A stretch of 10,730 bases of DNA from a virus (taxonomy: Duplodnaviria; Heunggongvirae; Uroviricota; Caudoviricetes): the IMG/VR virus record IMGVR_UViG_3300032323_004296; one strand, given 5' to 3'. Below are positions 6,673 through 10,730 of this stretch, in pieces. The notes beneath the pieces are model-generated. The model saw nothing but the letters and a program-made list of their open reading frames with translations, was not told where the DNA came from and ran no database searches. How positions within the stretch are numbered: the first letter of the stretch is position 1; every line of letters begins with the position of its first letter. The position numbers were made by a program, and so were the translations under genes.

Positions 6673-7152
6673 ATGCCCAAAGGATTATTAAAATTTAGCA
6701 ACACACTCCTCACTCCACCAAAGTGGTATGTTTACACTGTTTTGTATAACGGAGCATGGTCTGAGGGAATAGAACTTCATGGTGAAGAACAAGAGATTTG
6801 TAATCAACATTTTGATTTCTTTAACAAAGATGGAATAGGAATGGAGGTTGAATACGAAGCTCACATGAATGACATCACTCAAAATTACGTCCTCACAAAT
6901 ATCAGACAATTATTACCAAAATCCTCTGAATCAGTAAACCACCCTAATCACTACGGAGGAGAAAGTAATACCTATGAGGTTATAAAGGTATGTGAGGCTT
7001 GGGATTTGGATAAAGATGCTTATTTGTTCAATGTGGTTAAATATGTTGCAAGAGCTGGTAAGAAAAATCCATCTAAAGAAATAGAGGATTTGGAAAAGGC
7101 AGTATTTTATTTAAACAGAAAAATTCAAAACCTCAAAAATGAAAAAATATAG
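6673..7152 (+). CDS. DUF3310 (T7 gp1.7 nucleotide-kinase-like) domain protein with an extra N-terminal region of about 85 aa
   Basis: C-terminal VNHPNHYGG...YEVIKV.EAW......FNVVKYVARAGKK....EDLEKA..YL is the DUF3310 signature. Confidence 0.8.
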   Translation: MPKGLLKFSNTLLTPPKWYVYTVLYNGAWSEGIELHGEEQEICNQHFDFFNKDGIGMEVEYEAHMNDITQNYVLTNIRQLLPKSSESVNHPNHYGGESNTYEVIKVCEAWDLDKDAYLFNVVKYVARAGKKNPSKEIEDLEKAVFYLNRKIQNLKNEKI

Positions 7153-7321
7153 AATATTCGATAAATTATTTATGTCCTTGGGGTTTATTTCTGCAGGAAT
7201 TAGTTCATTTATTGATTATAAAGAAGGGGAACCTTTCATTTGGCAACTATCATGCATGGTTTGGATAACAGTTGCATACATTAAACAAATGTCTATAGAA
7301 AGTATGGAGGACGAGGAATGA
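7139..7321 (+). CDS. Small two-helix membrane protein, 60 aa
   Basis: Two hydrophobic segments (LFMSLGFISAGISSFI; FIWQLSCMVWITVAYI); overlaps both neighbours, with an ATGA coupling to the kinase. Confidence 0.65.
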   Translation: MKKYRIFDKLFMSLGFISAGISSFIDYKEGEPFIWQLSCMVWITVAYIKQMSIESMEDEE

Positions 7322-7752
7322 TAATTTGGTTAACAGGACAACCAGGTAGTGGAAAATCTACAATTGCTAATGAACTTGTTTCAGATAGTACGGGTACATT
7401 CATTAACATAGATGGAGACGACCTCAGAGAAATATTTCAAAACAAAGATTATAGTGAAGTCGGTAGGAGAAAGAATATTGAACTAGCACAACATATTGCA
7501 GTGTTCCTTCATAGAAAAGGTTTTCATCCGGTAGTATCATTGGTTTCTCCTTACAAAGACCAAAGAGATAAGTTCAAAGATAAGATGGGTAAAGATATTT
7601 TGGAGGTTTACGTTCATACAACACAAATAAGAGGAAGGGAGAATTACTTTGTCAAAGAATATGAAGAACCATCGGAGAACTATTTAAGTTTATGTACGGA
7701 TGATATCACACCTGAAGAATGTGTGTCATATATATTAACTCGAATAATGTAA
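7318..7752 (+). CDS. cysC: Adenylylsulfate (APS) kinase-like P-loop kinase, compact 144-aa form
   Basis: IIWLTGQPGSGKST, IDGDDLR, GRRKNI, VSLVSPY, EVYV and YEEP are all CysC hallmarks. The lid region (CExRDPKGLY...FTGI in canonical CysC) is much shorter. Confidence 0.8.
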   Translation: MIIWLTGQPGSGKSTIANELVSDSTGTFINIDGDDLREIFQNKDYSEVGRRKNIELAQHIAVFLHRKGFHPVVSLVSPYKDQRDKFKDKMGKDILEVYVHTTQIRGRENYFVKEYEEPSENYLSLCTDDITPEECVSYILTRIM

Positions 7753-7758
7753 TAAGTG

Positions 7759-8160
7759 ATGAAAAAAATTCACGTAGAAGGTGACCCAAAACTTAAAAAC
7801 ACAGGAGGTAAACAATACTCCATGGTTGTGGGACGATTCCAACCTTTTCATGATGGTCACAAATGGTTGGTAAATCAATGTATCGAAGAAGGAAAAAACG
7901 TTTTAATTTGTATCAGGGACATCAAACCCGATGAAAAAAACCCATTCACTCCTCAAGAAGTGGAAATGAAAATTAAGCGAGACCTATGGCAACTTTTAGG
8001 TGATGAAAGGGTTAAAGTTATTATTATACCTGACATAGAATCTATTAATTTTGGAAGGGGGGTTGGATATGATATCATAGAACATATTCCACCCGACGAT
8101 ATTAGAGAGATATCAGCAACAAAAATCAGACAAGAACTTCGAGACGAAGGTTTGTTATAG
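7759..8160 (+). CDS. HxGH (cytidylyltransferase-like, NadM-related) nucleotidyltransferase, 133 aa
   Basis: GRFQPFHDGH, KNPFT, IPDIES and ISATKIR. An in-frame GTG at 7756 is an alternative start. Substrate uncertain. Confidence 0.85.
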   Translation: MKKIHVEGDPKLKNTGGKQYSMVVGRFQPFHDGHKWLVNQCIEEGKNVLICIRDIKPDEKNPFTPQEVEMKIKRDLWQLLGDERVKVIIIPDIESINFGRGVGYDIIEHIPPDDIREISATKIRQELRDEGLL

Positions 8161-8182
8161 TCAAAAAATTTTTTATATTTTG
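8151..8182 (+). promoter_or_regulatory. Candidate Bacteroidota-type promoter TTTG-N19-TATATTTT(G) before the DNA methyltransferase
   Basis: TTTG 8151-8154 and TATATTTT 8174-8181 (one mismatch to TAnnTTTG). TTTGTTTATG at 8179-8188 is identical to 5272-5281. Confidence 0.45.
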
Positions 8183-8185
8183 TTT

Positions 8186-9049
8186 ATGGAAAAATACGTT
8201 GGTAAAATACTGAATGGGGATTGTATTGAAGTTATGAAAGACATTCCTGAGAATTCTATTGATTTAATTGTTACCTCTCCACCCTATGGAGTTGGAATTG
8301 ATTACGACACACATGATGATGATGTTGATTTCGAAGAATATAAAAAGTTTTCAAAGAGTTGGTTAACAGAAGCCTACAAAGTATTAAAAAACGATGGGAG
8401 ATTAGCTCTCAATATACCCTATGAGATTAATAGACAATCGAAAGGGGGTCGAATCTTTATGGCGGCAGAACTATGGTCAGTCATGCAGAGTATCGGTTTT
8501 AAATTCTTCGGAATTGTGGACTTAGAAGAAAATTCTCCACACAGAAGCAAGACTACGGCATGGGGGTCGTGGATGTCGCCATCATCTCCTTACATTTATA
8601 ATCCTAAAGAGTGTATAATTTTGGCTTACAAGAACAATCATATTAAGAAGGTTAAGGGTGAACCACAATGGAAAGGAGAAGAAACCTTAATCGAGAACGA
8701 AGATGGTACTTCAAGAAAGAAGATGGTTTATTCTGAAGAAAATAAGAAAGAATTTATGGAGTTGGTCTTCGGTCAGTGGGACTACTTCGCAGACACAAAA
8801 TCACTCACCAAGGCAACATTCTCAATGGATATTCCAACGAAAGCAATCAAAATACTCTCATATAAAAATGATTTAATACTTGACCCGTTTGCTGGTAGTG
8901 GAACTAGTTTGGTTGCTGCGGAAATCTTAGACCGAAGGTGGGTAGGAATTGAACTGAGTGAAAACTATTGTGAAATTGCTAAGAAAAGAGTTCAAGGGTT
9001 CATCGATAAGAAAAAACAATTGGAATTGGATTTGAAAGAGGGGAATTAA
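8186..9049 (+). CDS. Orphan beta-class DNA amino-methyltransferase (N4-cytosine more likely than N6-adenine), 287 aa
   Basis: GDCIEVM, IDLIVTSPPY (motif IV) N-terminal; ILDPFAGSGTS and GIE (motif I/II) C-terminal. ATG 8186 is preferred over TTG 8180. No restriction endonuclease in the window. Confidence 0.92.
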   Translation: MEKYVGKILNGDCIEVMKDIPENSIDLIVTSPPYGVGIDYDTHDDDVDFEEYKKFSKSWLTEAYKVLKNDGRLALNIPYEINRQSKGGRIFMAAELWSVMQSIGFKFFGIVDLEENSPHRSKTTAWGSWMSPSSPYIYNPKECIILAYKNNHIKKVKGEPQWKGEETLIENEDGTSRKKMVYSEENKKEFMELVFGQWDYFADTKSLTKATFSMDIPTKAIKILSYKNDLILDPFAGSGTSLVAAEILDRRWVGIELSENYCEIAKKRVQGFIDKKKQLELDLKEGN

Positions 9050-9060
9050 CCCCTTTTTTT
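9035..9060 (+). terminator. Intrinsic terminator ending the central operon
   Basis: AAAGAGGGG-AATTAA-CCCCTTTTTTT; the stop codon of the methyltransferase lies in the loop. Confidence 0.75.
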
Positions 9061-9068
9061 ATTTCTTG

Positions 9069-9076
9069 ATATTTAT
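9069..9076 (+). promoter_or_regulatory. ATATTTAT motif (candidate late promoter)
   Basis: Lies immediately after the terminator and 13 nt before ATG 9090, the same spacing as at 2694-2701/2715. Confidence 0.5.
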
Positions 9077-9089
9077 TTTAAAAGAAAAA

Positions 9090-10151
9090 ATGGCCGATAT
9101 TTTGATAACTGAGTCACAACTTGAATTAATCAAGAATGAGCTCAATAAGAATGAAAATTCAAAGAAGGGTGAAGTTGTGAATGAAGCTTGGTACAACACC
9201 GTAATGGACGTTGTAGGTTTAGTAGACCCAACACCAATCACAGACACAATCAACGCAGTTTCCTACTTTGCTCAAGGAGATACTCTTTTCGGGGTTTTGA
9301 GTATGGTTTCTGCACTCCCGTTCTATGTGGGGGATTTTGTTGCAAAACCTGTTATGGGTGCAATGAAAATTGGTACAAAGTCAACAAAGGAACTCGAAGC
9401 AGCAATGAAGTTGTTCAAAACCAACCCTGATGAAGCAATCAAAATTATTGAAAGGTTAGCTAAAGACCCAGGTCCGGTAGGTAAATTTTTACAAAAAGGG
9501 GGAGGTCCTAATGGATGGGCATCTAAAGTTTTATCATTTATAGATGAAATACCTGCAGGCCCTTTCAAAGGTTTGAAAAATACCATAATGGATTATTTCA
9601 GATTATTAAGTAAAGCTGGTTATAAAAGTAAAGACTTCACAGGTTTTGCAAAAGGTTTGCAGGCGGATTTAAAGGCGGGTAAGGCCACAGTCCACGATAT
9701 TGAGGCTTTAAAAAACTTGATGAAATCTGAAAAAGTCTTTGATGTTTCCATACTAAGTAAACCTGGATTTATGAATCAAGTATTTTTTGGCGGAATACCA
9801 AGATTATTTAGAAGTCCCGAGGGAAGGAGAGTTAGAATTTTGATGCAGAAGACAAAATGGTGGTTAGGATTCTTAGACTACATTGGAATTGGTAATTGGG
9901 TTGGTGAGTCGGAGGTAATTAAGAAATTGGGCAGTCAAGAAAATATGGCGAAGGCTTTAGAAGATTATCAAAAGACGCCAGAAGCTGCGAAATATTTCAA
10001 TGAGTCATTTACCCAAGGACAACAATCTACTGATAATATGGTCGATGCGATTAAACAACAAGTTTCGGGTGAAAATTTACAAGATAACTCATTAGCAAAA
10101 ATGATAAGAAGTATGTTTATGGGTAGATTGAATCCATTACCAGGAATGTGA
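9090..10151 (+). CDS. Hypothetical protein, 353 aa, with ILITESQ leader and a pre-toxin-like hydrophobic hairpin
   Basis: ATG 9090 follows an A-rich leader (the track's TTG 9066 lies upstream of the promoter motif). Contains DVVGLVDP...DTINAVSYFAQG...GVLSMVSALPFYVG at 9207-9332. Confidence 0.85.
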   Translation: MADILITESQLELIKNELNKNENSKKGEVVNEAWYNTVMDVVGLVDPTPITDTINAVSYFAQGDTLFGVLSMVSALPFYVGDFVAKPVMGAMKIGTKSTKELEAAMKLFKTNPDEAIKIIERLAKDPGPVGKFLQKGGGPNGWASKVLSFIDEIPAGPFKGLKNTIMDYFRLLSKAGYKSKDFTGFAKGLQADLKAGKATVHDIEALKNLMKSEKVFDVSILSKPGFMNQVFFGGIPRLFRSPEGRRVRILMQKTKWWLGFLDYIGIGNWVGESEVIKKLGSQENMAKALEDYQKTPEAAKYFNESFTQGQQSTDNMVDAIKQQVSGENLQDNSLAKMIRSMFMGRLNPLPGM

Positions 10152-10159
10152 TATTTATA
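10151..10159 (+). promoter_or_regulatory. ATATTTATA motif (candidate late promoter)
   Basis: Occupies most of the 12-nt gap; ends 4 nt before ATG 10164. Confidence 0.5.
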
Positions 10160-10163
10160 AAAT

Positions 10164-10535
10164 ATGAAAGAAGAAATTATTTTAAAATTAGTACAAATCC
10201 AAAATCAATTTAGATTTTTACATTGGCAAACATATGGTGATGCAAAACATCGTGCATATGGAAAGACTTACGAAAAATTAGGTGATTTTTTAGACGAATT
10301 TGCGGAAATAACAATGGGTAAGTATGGTAGATATCAATTTGATTCTGAATTTTCAATCATGTTTCAAGACATCTCCAAGCTTACTATCCAAAATTTTTTA
10401 GATGGTATCACTGAATTTTTAGTAGGTTTAAGTGACCATTTAGATTCTCGATATGATACTGACCTACTTAACCTTAGGGATGAAATTTTGGGTATGACAA
10501 ATAAATTGAAATACTTGTTAACTCTCAAGCACTAA
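10164..10535 (+). CDS. Dps/ferritin-like four-helix protein (DUF5856-type), 123 aa
   Basis: HWQTYGDAKHRAYGKTYEKLGDFLDEFAE gives the HW...H......Y.....D...E spacing of Dps-like metal sites; C-terminal DLLNLRDEI...NKLKYLLTL. Confidence 0.75.
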   Translation: MKEEIILKLVQIQNQFRFLHWQTYGDAKHRAYGKTYEKLGDFLDEFAEITMGKYGRYQFDSEFSIMFQDISKLTIQNFLDGITEFLVGLSDHLDSRYDTDLLNLRDEILGMTNKLKYLLTLKH

Positions 10536-10538
10536 TTC

Positions 10539-10730
10539 ATGAAAAAGAATACAAAAGTAATCAGATTAAACGAGGAAGATTTAGCTCGTATTATCAATAA
10601 AGTAATAGAAGAACAGAAACCACCTTTATTAAAACTTCCAATTCGTGATGGAGGTTCTTCTCAAGCTTTTGTGAAAGTAGAAAACGGAAAAAAATATATA
10701 TACTTGGAATCTGAAATGTTTCCTGGTAAA
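10539..10730 (+). CDS. Hypothetical protein, 3'-truncated (first 64 aa), with IRLNEEDL leader
   Basis: Open from ATG 10539 to the window end: MKKNTKVIRLNEEDLARIINKVIEEQKPPLLKLPIRDGGSSQAFVKVENGKKYIYLESEMFPGK. Confidence 0.75.
   Translation, partial: MKKNTKVIRLNEEDLARIINKVIEEQKPPLLKLPIRDGGSSQAFVKVENGKKYIYLESEMFPGK

Noticed and set aside
1376-8160. Stop-codon reassignment (TAG or TGA), as in some large phages
   Set aside because: TAG ends genes at natural boundaries (1378, 2476, 5261, 8160), as does TGA (5708, 6014, 7321, 10151), and recognisable enzymes are intact under code 11.
7759-8160. NAD reconstitution (NARP-type) anti-defence pathway
   Set aside because: No Nampt-, Namat- or Adps-like partner in the window, and the NMN-binding elements look altered; kept only as an alternative hypothesis.
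8186-9049. Complete restriction-modification system
   Set aside because: No endonuclease-like ORF is adjacent, and a terminator follows the methyltransferase directly.
5273-9089. TTG starts at 5273, 8180 and 9066 given by the track
   Set aside because: Each lies in or upstream of a promoter-like element; nearby in-frame ATGs (5279, 8186, 9090) give more plausible N-termini.
1920-9586. Embedded or antisense track ORFs (1920..2123, 3237..3479, 3476..3667, 5408..5590, 5496..5693, 5663..5941, 5970..6188, 6195..6446, 6688..6909, 9059..9253, 9188..9430, 9323..9586)
   Set aside because: Each lies within or opposite better-supported genes, with Phe/Leu/Ser-rich composition typical of antisense frames and no motifs.
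1-10730. Eukaryotic giant-virus origin (suggested by collagen, Rmt2-like enzyme and MGC N-terminus)
   Set aside because: Overlapping start/stop coupling, hairpin plus U-tract terminators, bacterial-type promoter boxes, DUF3310 and the Dps-like gene fit a bacteriophage better; not formally excluded without hallmark genes.

Overview
AT-rich, densely coded, co-oriented viral-type DNA, most likely from a large (jumbo) tailed phage. A Bacteroidota host is inferred from TAnnTTTG-type promoter elements and the near absence of Shine-Dalgarno sites. Standard genetic code; no tRNA, rRNA, CRISPR or IS element seen. Left to right: (1) the 3' part of a long collagen-like (Gly-X-Y) fibre gene that runs in one frame (2..1378) straight into a peptidase S74 self-cleaving chaperone, a frame the ORF track misses; (2) a divergent block of an acidic 344-aa protein, an unlisted 55-aa MGCGCK protein and an acidic/coiled-coil 583-aa protein; (3) a tightly coupled operon (4485..9049) of small hypotheticals, an Rmt2/GAMT-family guanidino methyltransferase, a DUF3310 fusion, a compact CysC-like APS kinase, a reduced NadM-like HxGH nucleotidyltransferase and a beta-class DNA amino-methyltransferase, ending in an intrinsic terminator; (4) a 353-aa protein with a pre-toxin-like hydrophobic segment, a Dps/ferritin-like protein and a truncated ORF. 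Main leads: the CysC + NadM-like pair as a possible minimal PAPS synthase; a mostly eukaryotic arginine/guanidino methyltransferase family in a phage; two promoter-like motif classes that partition the genes (ATATTTAT versus TAnnTTTG-like, several 3-4 nt from the ATG); and N-termini resembling T4 capsid-targeting sequences on genes that carry the ATATTTAT motif. All family assignments come from motif recognition, not database searches.
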